64,000 nt of DNA, from NCBI GenBank assembly GCA_030390025.1, contig CM059432.1, forward strand, positions 63,056,001 through 63,120,000. The letters are read 5' to 3'. This document shows positions 52,529 through 63,158 of the stretch, one piece after another. The DNA comes from Squalus acanthias (lineage: Eukaryota). Position numbers and translations under genes: made by a program. How positions within the stretch are numbered: position 1 is the stretch's first letter; each line of letters starts with the position of its first letter. The notes below the pieces were generated by a model. The model was not told the DNA's origin. It did not search any database and worked only from the letters and a program-made list of their open reading frames with translations.

Positions 52529-53665
52529 TTATGATCTAAAATTGTTGAACTCAATATTGAGTCCAGAGGGCTGTAGCGTGCCTAAACTAAAGATGAGGTG
52601 CTGTTCCTCGAGCTTACGCTGCGCTTCCGTGGAACAGTGTAATAGGCCGAGGACGGTGAGGTCAGAGTGGAAGTGAAGCGGTGAATTAAAGTGACAGGCG
52701 ACCGGGAGCTCGGGGTCCCCCTTACGGACTGAACGGAGGTGTTCCGCAAAGCGGTCACCCAATCTACGTTTGGTCTCCCCAATGTAGAGGAGACCACATC
52801 GTGAGCAGCGAATACAGTATACTAAATTGCAGGAAGTACAAGTAAATTGCTGTTTCACCTGGAAGGGGTGTTTGGGGCCCTGGACAGTGGGAAGAGGGGA
52901 GGTATAAGGGCATGTGTTGCATCTCCTGCGCTTGCACGGGAAGGTGCCGGGCGAAGGGGAAGGGGTGCTGGGGGTGGTAGAGGAGTGGACGAGGGTGTCG
53001 CGGAGGGAGCGGTCCCTGCGGAATGCTGAAAGGGGAGATGAGGGGAAGATGCGTTTGGTGGTGGGATCACGCTGGAGGTGGCGGAAATGGCGGAGGATGA
53101 TCCGTTGAATGTGGAGGCTGGTGGGGTGAAAGGTGAGGACAAGGGGAACTCTATCGTGGTTCCGGGAGGGAGTGGCAGGGGTGAGGGCAGAAGTGCGGAA
53201 GATAGAACGGACACGGTCGAGGGCCGTGTCGACCACGGTAGAGGGGAATCCTCGGTTGAGGAAAAAGGAAGACATGTCGGAAGCACTGGTATGGAAGGTG
53301 GCATCATCAGAGCAGATGCGGCGGAGACAGAGAAACAAGGAGAATGGAATAGAGTCCTTACAGGAGGCGGGGTGGGAGGAAGTGTAGTCCAGGTAGCTGT
53401 GGGAGTCAGTGGGCTTGTAGTGAATGTTAGTCAATAACCTATCCCCAGAGATGGAGATGGAGAAGTCGAGGAAGGGAAGGGAAGAGTCGGAGATGGACCA
53501 TGTGAAGGTGAGGGAAGGGTGGAAATTGGAAGCATAGTGAATGAAATGTTTTAGTTCAGGGCGAGAGCAGGAGACGGCACCGATACAGTCATCAATGTAC
53601 CGGAAAAAGAGGTGAGGGAGGGGACCCGAGTAGGACTGGAACAAAGAATGTTCCACATATCCCAC
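52529..53665 (-). CDS. Penelope-like RT C-terminal half plus GIY-YIG endonuclease (uninterrupted, lacks its N-terminus)
   Basis: FFRYIDD, LPFLD, YKPTD, Cys linker PCKRRRCNTC, LVYCIRCSRCGLLYIGETKRRLGDRFAEH, and C-terminal GLN. Confidence 0.9.
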   Translation of the reverse strand: MGYVEHSLFQSYSGPLPHLFFRYIDDCIGAVSCSRPELKHFIHYASNFHPSLTFTWSISDSSLPFLDFSISISGDRLLTNIHYKPTDSHSYLDYTSSHPASCKDSIPFSLFLCLRRICSDDATFHTSASDMSSFFLNRGFPSTVVDTALDRVRSIFRTSALTPATPSRNHDRVPLVLTFHPTSLHIQRIILRHFRHLQRDPTTKRIFPSSPLSAFRRDRSLRDTLVHSSTTPSTPSPSPGTFPCKRRRCNTCPYTSPLPTVQGPKHPFQVKQQFTCTSCNLVYCIRCSRCGLLYIGETKRRLGDRFAEHLRSVRKGDPELPVACHFNSPLHFHSDLTVLGLLHCSTEAQRKLEEQHLIFSLGTLQPSGLNIEFNNFRS

Positions 53666-54039
53666 GAAAAGGTGAGCATTATCCCTGGTCCTCTGGAATC
53701 AAACCTAGCTAGGCAGTGGGATTGGAGGAATAAGGGGTTTTGTGTACTGTAATTCTCCCTCGCCTGTACCGTGTGTTCCCCAACCTGTGTTTAAGTATTA
53801 AGTATGTTTTAAGATTGTTTGTGTTGTAGTTACCTTTTCTTGAATAAAAGTTAAAGTTCTTTCATCAAAACCTGTCGTCTACTGCACCTTTTGTTCACGG
53901 TCCCCAAATAAGTCCTAGGTCTAGAACCAGGGGCGTGGGAGCGATTCGAACTGCTCACTGACCCTACCACACCACCCCCTACATTTTATTTCAGATTTCC
54001 AGCATCCACAGTATTTTGCTTTTGTGTAAGTACATTTGA

Positions 54040-55005
54040 AGCGTAGTGCAACAAAGCTTGCCATTGCCTTCAATTTTTATGCTACTGGTTCTTTTCTAAG
54101 TGCCACAGGGAATGTCTGCCAAAGAAGTCAGCATACAGTGCACCGCTGCATCCAACAGGTACTGTTTAAAAGGTAAAACAAACTCATCACTTGCTCTAAG
54201 GAGGAGCTGCAGTGGCAGGAATCCTACAGATTCAAGGCCTCATCAATGCCACTTTGCTCACATGGGCTCCTTACACTAATGCGGTAGAATTAATCAAAAG
54301 GAAGGAGTTTCACTCAGTAAATGTCCACAATAGGGTTGCGGAGCAAAGGGTCCATAGCCCGGTTTGGTTGGAAGGTATCCTAGTATTCCGCCCAGCAAAA
54401 ATCAACAAAACGCTAGGGAGAAAAATTGAGTTGCGCCCCCTTCAGGACGCTAACTTCGCCGGGTTTTAGTGCCCCAAAGAAATTAGCGCCCCTGCGGCAG
54501 AAATTGACCGGTAGCGCCCCAGGAGGGAAGCCGGGCTCACGAGCGCAGCCGGCACTCCACGGGAGGGCTGCAGAGGAGGCCGGGGACAGCAGAGGGGGCA
54601 GGTGCTGGCAGGCGGCCAGCAACAAAAATGGCCGCCCGGCACCTCCCCTTTAATTTGCACTGCCCCGGCCGCAGGTAGGCCCCCCTGACCCTGTCGGACA
54701 TAGCATCAGGCAGTAAGTCAGGGGGCGCTACCGAAGATCGCGGCTGGGGTGCGAGCGGGGCTCTGCGCACGGCGATGATGTCATCGCCGGCGGTGCAGCA
54801 CCGCAGGGCGCTAACAGTTACTGCCGCTGCTAACCTCCTGCTGAATTTTGCGGGAGGCGTTGGCGGCACCGCGCCCAGGCGCTAGTTGCTTTGCGCCCCA
54901 TTAGCGCCCTAGGGCGCTAACGGGAGGCACAAAGCAACCGAATTTTTAGGCCTTGTGGTTTTCTATATACTTCATAGCTTTGCAGCTCAGAGAGGCATTG
55001 CAGGA
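54040..55005 (+). pseudogene. Highly decayed Harbinger transposase fragment interrupted by a MITE
   Basis: KLAIAFNFYATGSFL...HRCIQQV and KRKEFHSVNV before the MITE; VVFYILHSFAAQRG after it. Confidence 0.7.
54416..54952. mobile_element. CpG-rich Harbinger-type MITE
   Basis: Ends GGGAGAAAAATTG and CGAATTTTTAGGCC; repeated (TA)GCGCCC/GGGCGCTA motifs; splits a transposase remnant; TSD not resolved. Confidence 0.7.
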
Positions 55006-55024
55006 GGGGCAGGTGGAAGCTACT

Positions 55025-55270
55025 TGCACCAAGTCCCGTTCACTCATCACCTCTGTGCCAACCTACATTAGCTCCTGAGCCATCAATGTCTACATTTTAA
55101 AATTCTTACTCTTTGTTCAAATCCCTCCATGGCCTAACCGCTTCCTATCTCAATAACCTCCTCCAGCCCAACAACTCTCTGAAAAATCTCCATTCCTCCA
55201 ACTCTGTCCTCTTGTGCATCCCCCACTTCCTTTGTCCCACTATGGACGGCCATGCCTTCAGCCGTCTAGG
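55025..55270 (+). mobile_element. L2 LINE fragment
   Basis: FKILTLLFKSLHGLTASYLNNLLQP. Confidence 0.75.
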
Positions 55271-55707
55271 TGGTGCAAGGCAAAAGGAGATGGTAATGGG
55301 ACAAGTTAAGAAACAAAAGATGGCTTTTTTCTTTCTTAACTTGTCCCATTACCATCTCCTTTTGCTTTGCACCATCTCTTAATGTCTCTTAATGTCTCTT
55401 AATCTCTCCTGCCTTCCATCTAGAGCCATCTTTTGTTTCTTAACTTGTCCCATTACCATCTCCTTTTGCCTTGCACCATCTCTTAATCTCTCTTAATCTC
55501 TCCTGGCTGCCATCCTATCACAGACCTTCCCATTTGTTCTTTCCTCCCCTCCCCCCTTTCCCTGCCCCTGCACTTGCTTAAAAACCTGTTCAATCTCCAG
55601 CTTTTTCCAGTTCTGACGAAGGGTCATCGACCTGAAACGTTAACTCTGTTTCTCTCTCCACAGATGCTGCCTGACCTGCTGAGTATTTCCAGCATTTTCT
55701 GTTTTTA
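55271..55707 (+). mobile_element. Penelope-like 3' terminal copy with inverted and duplicated 5' junction
   Basis: 55271-55325 is the reverse complement of ~55423-55478; 55331-55420 is duplicated at ~55436-55513; ends in the shared Penelope terminal sequence. Confidence 0.85.
55609..55645 (+). ncRNA. Minimal type I hammerhead ribozyme motif, family A (stem III palindrome ACGU), intact core
   Basis: AGTT-CTGACGA-A-GGGTC-ATC-GACCT-GAA-ACGT-T-AACT. Confidence 0.7.
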
Positions 55708-56527
55708 CTTCAAATGTACTTCATTGGCTGTAAAGCGCTTTGGGATGTCCTGAGGTCATGAAAGACGCTATAGAAATGCAAGTCTTTTTTTATAGGCACA
55801 GTTGTGCCCAGGACATGGCCCCAAATTGTCCCAACTCCATATGTTGCTGAGGCTTGAACCATAGAGCACCACAAGCCAATTTGGCTCCCAGCACAGGCCC
55901 CAGTGGAAAACCCAGGATTGGTGAGAAAATTGCTCCAAGCACAAAATTCCTGGCTTTCTGTCACCTCAGCATTTGCTGCATGACTTGGACTTTGGCAGAA
56001 AATTCTATCTGCATTCTAATGGGCTACGTCACTACAGTACAAAATAATAAAACAGAATCTCCTCCAAACAGTTTAAATAAGCTTGAAGATTTACAACCTC
56101 AGGGTGGAGCTGAGACCCCTCCCCCCTTTGTCCCCCTCCCCATTTTTATCTTTACTGAATAATTTGAAATCAAGAAATGCTGCTGGAAGATATTGGTTGC
56201 AGTAAGCAGGTGGAAGTGAGCAGATTTTAGGAGCAAAGCCAAGCCCGGTAAAATTGGAAGTTTTCCAACGGGTCTCAGACACTCCTATAAAAAAGAAGAG
56301 AAGCATTGAAGGAGAACCTGTTATGATATTGAATTGTAGCCAGCAACATCATCAGGGAGTCAGCACTTTCAGTAGCTTCCCTAGAGAAAATTTTGCAGTG
56401 ACATGGGACAAACGGAATGCCTTCAAGCTATTGTGGTCAGGAGAGATCTACTGGAGAGAATAGTAATAGACTAGCAAAAAGGTTTGCAAGAGATTTTGAT
56501 GAAAAGTACAGTCAATATTACAAATTA

Positions 56528-56989
56528 CAACAGAAAACGCTGGAAAAACTCAGCAGGCCAGGCAGCATCCGTGGAGAGAGAAACAGAGTTAACGTTTCAG
56601 GTCAAAGACCTTTCGTCAGAACTGGAAAAAAGCAGGAAATGAAATAGATTTAAAGCAAGGATAAAGCTGGGAAAAGGGGGAGGGGATGAAAGAACAAAAG
56701 GAGAGATTAAGAGACATTGAGAGACATTAAGAGATATTCAAGGCAAGAGGAGGTGTTGATGTAACAGGTTGAGGCTAAATGAAGTGTGAAATGCACTGGC
56801 AGAATGAAGGACAGCTGCCAGCTTCTGGGAGGGAAAAAAAAGGGGGGGGCCAAACAAAAGGGTGGATGAAAAAATAAAATATGAATGTGGTAGGGGCCGA
56901 GGTTATGATCTAAAATTGTTGAACTCGATGTTGAGTCCAGAAGGCTGTAGGGTGCCTAAACGAAAGATGAGGTGCTGTTCCTCAAGCTT
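56528..56989 (-). mobile_element. Penelope-like 3' fragment (last ~25 codons plus 3'UTR)
   Basis: Near-identical to 52157-52615. Confidence 0.9.
56587..56623 (-). ncRNA. Minimal type I hammerhead ribozyme motif, family A, intact core
   Basis: AGTT-CTGACGA-A-AGGTC-TTT-GACCT-GAA-ACGT-T-AACT on -. Confidence 0.72.
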
Positions 56990-57755
56990 TAGTCCATGAC
57001 CTATTTGGATAGTTGACTGGAAAATGAGAAGTCAAGAAATGAGTGAAGGTCACATTGCAGCACATAGACCTTCCTCAAGTTGTCAGGATCCAGTATCTCC
57101 TATTACTTCAGTAGATCATTTAGACTCTTGGCAATCTACAAATACTTTCAAATATGATCAAAACAGAAAATGATGGAAACACACACAGCACGTTAATCAG
57201 CATTTTTGGAGACAACAGAAAAGTCAATGGGGGTGATTTTCCTAGCCCTGAGGAGGCGGGTTTGGAGGCGGGACAGTTGGGAAAATCACAAAAATTGAGG
57301 GCGGGTTCGGAACCCGCCTCCAACCCGCTTCCGCGCAATTTTGATGGAGGCGGGCTTCATGGGTGCGATTCAGTCCCGCCTCCATGAGTCGGGATAGGCA
57401 GTTAAGACCCTTAACAAGCGGTTAAGGGCCTCTCTAATCCTATTTTGCCAGGCCTATGTTATTTTACCACATTTTCAGTGTGTTGCACAGCCCTCCTAAA
57501 CCACGCCAGCTAATCCTGGCGGCTTGACAAGTGGGTGGCCTCCTCACAGCTGCAGCTCCACCATAAAAACGGAGCTTTCAACAGGGATGAGTTGCAGGTG
57601 GCAGATTTTTTTCCCCACAGGTCTTTGAGCACTTTTTCCAGGCCTACTGAAGTCGGAGGTGGTGCAGCTGAGATCTATCAACTTTGGGACTTCCTGGGAA
57701 ATCCCTCTCCCCACTTGGACTGAGCGCTTCCCCAACGGAGGTATCTGCCAGCAGC

Positions 57756-58970
57756 ATGGGAAACATTTATTTCCTTTCATCATGGACCTCCGATTCGGAC
57801 GAGGAGCAGCCACGGCAGCAGCAGAACCAGGCAGAACAGCAGCAACAGCAGCAGGAGCACCAACCACCTGATCCTGCACAGGGCAGAAGGCACCAGCGCA
57901 TGGCAGCACGTCGCCGCAGGAGATACCCTCATCGCAGGGTTTGCAGACAGAGGATGAGCTTCCTCAACATGAGTGAGCAACAGTGCCAAAGGAGGCTGAG
58001 ACTTTCGCGAGAGGTAGTGGCTGACATCTGCGCAGTGCTGCACCAACACCTGGAGCCCAGAGGATCCGGTGGACACCCCTTACCAGTGGCTGTCAAAGTC
58101 ACCACCGCACTCAACTTTTTTGCCTCAGGCTCCTTCCAGGGATCATCAGCAGACATCAGCAGCTTCTCCCAGTTGGCCGCCCACAGTTGCATCATGCAGT
58201 TTACCGATGCCCTCTTTGCAAAGGCCCACAATTACATCAACTTTTCAACGGATCAAGCAAGTATAACCGCGCGTGCAGTTGGATTCTCAAATATGGCAGG
58301 CTTGCCAATGGTGCAGGGTGTCATACACTACACACATGTGGCCCTTAGGGCACCCCATCACAACCCAGCTATTTTTGTCAACTGCAAGGGCTTCCACTCC
58401 CTCAACGTACAGCTGGTGTGTAACCACAAAAAGGAGATTTTGCATGTTTGCGCCAAGTACTGTGGCAGTTGCTATGACTCATTCATCCTGCGGCAGTTTA
58501 GTGTGCCTCCGCTCTTCCAGCCGCCAAACCAACTTAACGGATGGCTACTTGGAGACAAGGGCTACCCCCTGAAGACGTGGCTAATGACACCGATCAGGAG
58601 GCCAGCAAACGAAGCTGAGGAGCGCTACAACGCCAGCCACATTTTGACCAGGTCCATCATCGAACAAACTATCGGCTTGCTGAAGATGCGATTCAGATGC
58701 CTTGACCGATCAGGTGGAGCCCTGCAGTACTCAGCAGCCAGGGTCTCCAGAATGGTCGTGGTCTGCTGTGTGCTGCACAACATCGCACAGCATCGTGGCT
58801 TGCAGTTGCCTGAGGGACAAGTGGCTCAGCGCATAGCCTCCTCAGATGAAGAGGAGGAGGAGGAGGAGGATGACTGAGTGGAGGCGCATCAATCAGCAGC
58901 AGCAGCAGCACACGAGCACATTGCTGCCCAGAATGCAAGGGATGCACTCATCTTGGCCAGATTTGCTTAG
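57756..58970 (+). pseudogene. Harbinger DDE transposase (HARBI1-like), near-intact
   Basis: ATG at 57756; [55 protein letters not shown]. The first catalytic Asp is replaced (GVIHYTH vs GAIDCxH). In-frame TGA at 58875-58877 precedes the conserved HIAAQNARDALILARFA-TAG (58970). Confidence 0.9.
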
Positions 58971-59228
58971 GCTGCTCATTCTAGCACATGTGCTTGGTTC
59001 CTTCTTAGCACAAGATAGACAATGGACATGATTCTCTGGCTTCCTCTCACTCTGACCACCAACCTGACCAAGCAAGTCTCGCTGAGGCCGCAATGTGGTA
59101 ACTTCCAAAACCAAAATCACAGAGGCCATAACGTCAACATTTTGCCATCAGCAGAGTTTAATACATTCACAAAGGGATGGCATTTAATTATTAAACACAA
59201 AAAAACACCCAAGTGACTGCCCGTGTGA

Positions 59229-61205
59229 CTAATTGTGCTTTATCTTCCTCTTACGCGTGCTTCTACATGGTGCTTCAGCAGAAGTGGAGGCCCCTTGCTC
59301 ATTTTCATGCTGCTCCTGCTTGAACACCTTTGGCAGGCATCCTCTGGGTTTGCAAGCCTGTGAGGGCTCGACAAAAGTCTGCTCCTCCTGCGGCTGTACA
59401 GGGGCTGAGACACCCATCTCAGTTGGGTGAGGACTCTGGTGGGGCTCTGACCGAGGGCAACGCAGTGGCATGGAAGTGTGAGCGCTTGGAGAGGAGCCCC
59501 CACTTCCTTGTTCTCTGCCACCATCATCCCTCTCATGGGTCAGCCCCACCTCAGTGCTAGCAAGTGGCTTGCGAGCACCTTGCTGCACATCAGGGGGGCC
59601 ATGAGGACCCGTGTTTGCACTGGCAGTCCTACTGCTGAGGACTTCCATGAAGCTCTGGTCTCTCTGATCAATAGCTGGCCATCGCTCCTCCAGAGATGTC
59701 AGTCTATTCTGAACATTGACCATGTTTTCAACACTCTGGCGACTTATCTCCTCCATGGCCCTGGCCATCGCCTGCAGAGAGGCAGCCATCGATACCACGG
59801 AGGTAGACATCGCTTCCACGGAGGTAGCCAACTTTTCCGAGGAGATGCGCTCATGCACCAATGATTCCACAAAGCCTCTGCTCATATTCACGCTGGACTC
59901 CTCCATCCTCTCCACACACGCAGTGACCCTGGAGACAAAACTTGCCAGAGACTCCTGCACCTGTTCCTGGAGTTCCAGCACCGCTCTCCTTCTGGATGGA
60001 CCCGGAGGTACAGGGTCTACATGCAGCTGAGCAGAGCTAGGAGAGTCCTGCGACCTCCGACGAGGCCTCTCCACTGCTGTCCCTGTCTCCACCACCTGCT
60101 GATGCTCACTTGTGAGCTGTGATCCACCAGGTGACAACACTACTCTATCTCTCGAAGGTCCCACCGAGGTGTGCGTATCTGCACTGGTGCTGGGTGCGCT
60201 TACATCTGCTAACGCTGCGTCCTCAGAGGTTGCAGGTTCCTCTGAGGTGTCTTCTACCTCAGGCTCTTCCTCCTGGACACTGGGGAGGGGGGCTGTTGAT
60301 GGTCCTGTGGGGGAGTAAAGGAATGAGTTAGAGATGTGACGGTAGTGTGGCATGCACATGCAATAGCGCAGATGATCAATTGGCATTCTATAAATTTACA
60401 TTCGCAGCCATTCTAGTGACTCCTGCAATGTAAAAGAGAGAGAAGCAAAACTATTCTGTCACCAGTTTGCTCTGCTGCACCCATCTGTCCATCCCCCCAC
60501 TTCCACCTCCACCTCAGCGCCAATGATTTCTAGGGCTGCCTCTTCAGCATTGGTCAAATGGGCGAGAGAAGGTGGCCCTCCTCCAGTCTTCGCCATTTCC
60601 CTTTTATTGTGGGCTCTCTTTTCCTGCAATGAGGGAGACAAGTGGAGGTTGAGTGAGAATGATGGAGTGATTATAGAGAGTCCAGAGCATAGATGCTTAG
60701 AAGGCGACAAAGATGGTGTGAGATTCCATGTCCAAGGGCCCTCCCTGTGTGTTGTTAGTCGTTGTCATTGCATAACATTGAAAGGGAGTGTGTGGGCAGC
60801 ATAGTCGAATAGTGAAGTGATTGTGTTCATAGAGTGAGAGGGATGGTTAAGGGTGCAAGGTTTGTAAGGGTAAAGTGGGATGTGTAGGAGGAGGTTGACA
60901 ATGCAGAGTGCTGGTGATGAGAGGAGAAGGGAGCAGAATGAGGGTCAAGCTGAAGGTCGACTCACTCTGGCTGATCTTACAAGGTCATTGAACCTCTTGC
61001 GGCACTGCAGCCATGTTCTGCTGCGCACAGATCTGGAGGTTACATCCCGTGCCAGCTGCACCCACACAGCCTTGGTTTGTTTGGGAGGCTTCTTCCTCCC
61101 AGATGAGGGGAAGAGCACCTCCTTGCGAGCTCTCACCCCCTGAACCAGAATACTCAGAGACTCAACGGAGAACCTCGGGGAGGCCTTGGCTCTCAAGTTG
61201 GCCAT
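59229..61205 (-). pseudogene. Harbinger ORF2 Myb/SANT-like DNA-binding protein, three exons (61205-60966, 60623-60463, 60304-59229)
   Basis: Exon 1 is 80 codons (PRFS...W...RTWLQCRKRFNDL) ending AGA|GTGAGT. Exon 2 follows CATTGCAG| and encodes EKRAHNKREMAKTGGGPP. Exon 3 follows CCCCCACAG| and has a helical region and basic C-terminus RSTRKRKIK. Phases fit only if one G is removed from the run at ~60493-60498. Confidence 0.8.
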
Positions 61206-62588
61206 TTCTTCTCTGCGAAGTGTTCAGCAGCCACAAAACAGCAGTGAAATGAGGCAAGGAAGCAAGCAGCCCTTAAATGAAACTGCATAAGTGGAGTCAG
61301 CAGAGACGAGTTTCAGTCCCAAAAGAGTAATTGGCCCAGGGGAACCCACACGTCTGGAATTAATTGGCCAATTAGGGGAAAATCCCAACTTTTTCCCACC
61401 TGACAGTGAAGGCGGGTTTGGAACCCACCCAAACCGAAACCCGCTCCCAACCCGCCTCCAATGGGAAAATCGCCCCCAATGTTTCAGGCTGGGCCCTTCT
61501 TTCGAACTGAGAAATGAAAGATGTAGAAGCATTTTAATAGAATCAGAAAAAAGGGGGAGGGATAAAACAAGCAAACAAACAGAGAAAGTATCAGTGAATG
61601 ATTGCTGGATGATGTAAAAATGTATCTCAGTCAAGTAATGGGACAGAGTATTAAAAACATTAAAGATATTAAAGAAACAAAAAATGTGTGAGAGGCACAC
61701 CCATGGATAAGGCAAGAAAATGGGAGAAATTGAAAACAGTAAGCCTGTGGATTAGATTTGAAATTAAAATCAGAAAATGCTGGCAAAGTACAGTAGATTT
61801 AAAATTCCCTGGGATGACCACAGGTCTCCTGCTGAAATTCCAGTGGGGGACTGGCAGAAACTCCAGATAAACAGTGTAAATGGCTGAAAACGTCATTGTT
61901 CCAGGGGTTCTGCTGAATTCCTGGATCGGGAGAACCCCGTGGAAATTCAAGGCCAGTAAGTCTGCCAGCTGAGAGAAAGGAAAGAGTAGGTCAACACTGA
62001 CAATGCAGCGCCCCTCACAACAACAATGCTGATCTGACACAGGCGCTGCTCCCCTTAAATGCCAAACCTTCTCTCCCCCCTCTGGAGACTGACAGGCCCA
62101 CTCCACATCACCAGCATCCCCGGCTGGACAGAAAATGGAGAAGGTAGCTAAGATCTGAAGCTACCCAAGGCAATGTTCAGACGAGAGGGCTGAGAAGTGT
62201 TCAAATGAGAAACGAGATGCAGACCTGAAATTCCCCGGATGCTTTTAAAAGGGATGAAGTGTGGTAGGGAGGGTCTTCCACCTGCAAATTTACTCTGCTG
62301 TTGGCCTCATCCCAAATTGTAGGTACAGAGTCATTTGGATAACTGAGGCGATGGCCCACGTCTGAGGTGGGGCAGCGAAAGCACCCAGCCCAATGAGGTA
62401 GCAAAACTTAGAGTGGTGCTCAAGGCCCTTATTAAGCCAAAGATGAAATAAGCAAAAAAGGAACTTTATTCCTCACAGGGTGGCAGGCTTAGGTAATCGA
62501 TCTCTTTGGGATTGATTACCTATGAGGTCTTTAGTGTTCGACTTCCGTAAGCCCAAAACAGAACCCATATCTGTCCTCAGCAGACGTA

Positions 62589-63158
62589 GGGCTGGATTTT
62601 GATACTGGGGCGGGTTGGGGTCGTGTTATCCACTTTTCGTGTTATCAACCCGACTGCAATTGGATGTGGGAGATTGATGCGATTTTCACCTAATTGGGCA
62701 ATTGAGTTCCAGCATGTGGGAACCCATGACCCAAGGACCTGAAGGCAAAATGAGCAGCAGCAGCCCTAAGTCTGCTCCCAGATATTTTTGTACCACCACC
62801 ACCCCCAACACCACCACCACCACGCAGTAATAGTGGACCTGATAGTCAGCTATCGAAATGTGCTCCCGCCAGGTTTCACATTCGTGGTTCAGAACAGGCG
62901 TGCTTCACGTAGAAAAAGGTTAAAATCACAAAGGCCTTTCAAAATGGCATTATAGAGCCAATTTAGTGCTTGTTAAGGGCCTTAACAGCCTATCCCGCCT
63001 CTTAGAGGCGGGACGGAATCGAGACCAGCAGACACGATTTAATGAAAATTGCGTGGAGGCGGGATGGAGGCGGGCTTGTGCCCGCCTGCCAGTTTTCGCA
63101 ATTTTAACCCCCCACACGCCTCCAAACCCACCTCCACGGGTCAATGAAAATTCTGCCC
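62589..63158. mobile_element. Harbinger MITE (570 bp) related to the full-length element
   Basis: Ends GGGCTGGATTTT and AAAATTCTGCCC, TSD GTA/GTA. ~62970-63158 resembles the reverse complement of 57229-57430. Confidence 0.85.

Larger units (their letters stand above)
52117..53670 (-). mobile_element. Penelope-like retroelement (probably Neptune clade), 5'-truncated
   Basis: Perfect 12-bp TSD GGTGAGCATTAT (52105-52116, 53671-53682); open RT-GIY-YIG frame; ~410-bp 3' region containing a hammerhead motif. Confidence 0.95.
50590..53983 (+). mobile_element. Solo LTR (~1.83 kb without the nested Penelope element)
   Basis: Termini TGTAGG...CCTACA with a TTTT TSD. It interrupts the repeat phrase CAGCATTTTCTGTTTTT/ATTTCAGATTTCCAGC. 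AATAAA at 53843-53848. No gag/pol seen. Confidence 0.85.
57229..61477. mobile_element. Full-length PIF/Harbinger DNA transposon (4249 bp)
   Basis: 14-bp TIRs GGGGGTGATTTTCC/GGAAAATCGCCCCC, TSD AAT (57226-57228, 61478-61480), subterminal GGCGGG repeats, convergent transposase and Myb/SANT genes. The flanks rejoin into one decayed Penelope terminal repeat. Confidence 0.95.

Noticed and set aside
57684..58877. Domesticated host HARBI1 gene
   Set aside because: It lies between TIRs with a TSD, is paired with ORF2, has related copies in the window and carries disabling changes. The ORF-track start at 57684 is non-ATG.
60305..60386. N-terminus of the 385-aa ORF
   Set aside because: Lies upstream of a good splice acceptor at 60305-60306 and is best read as ORF2 intron.
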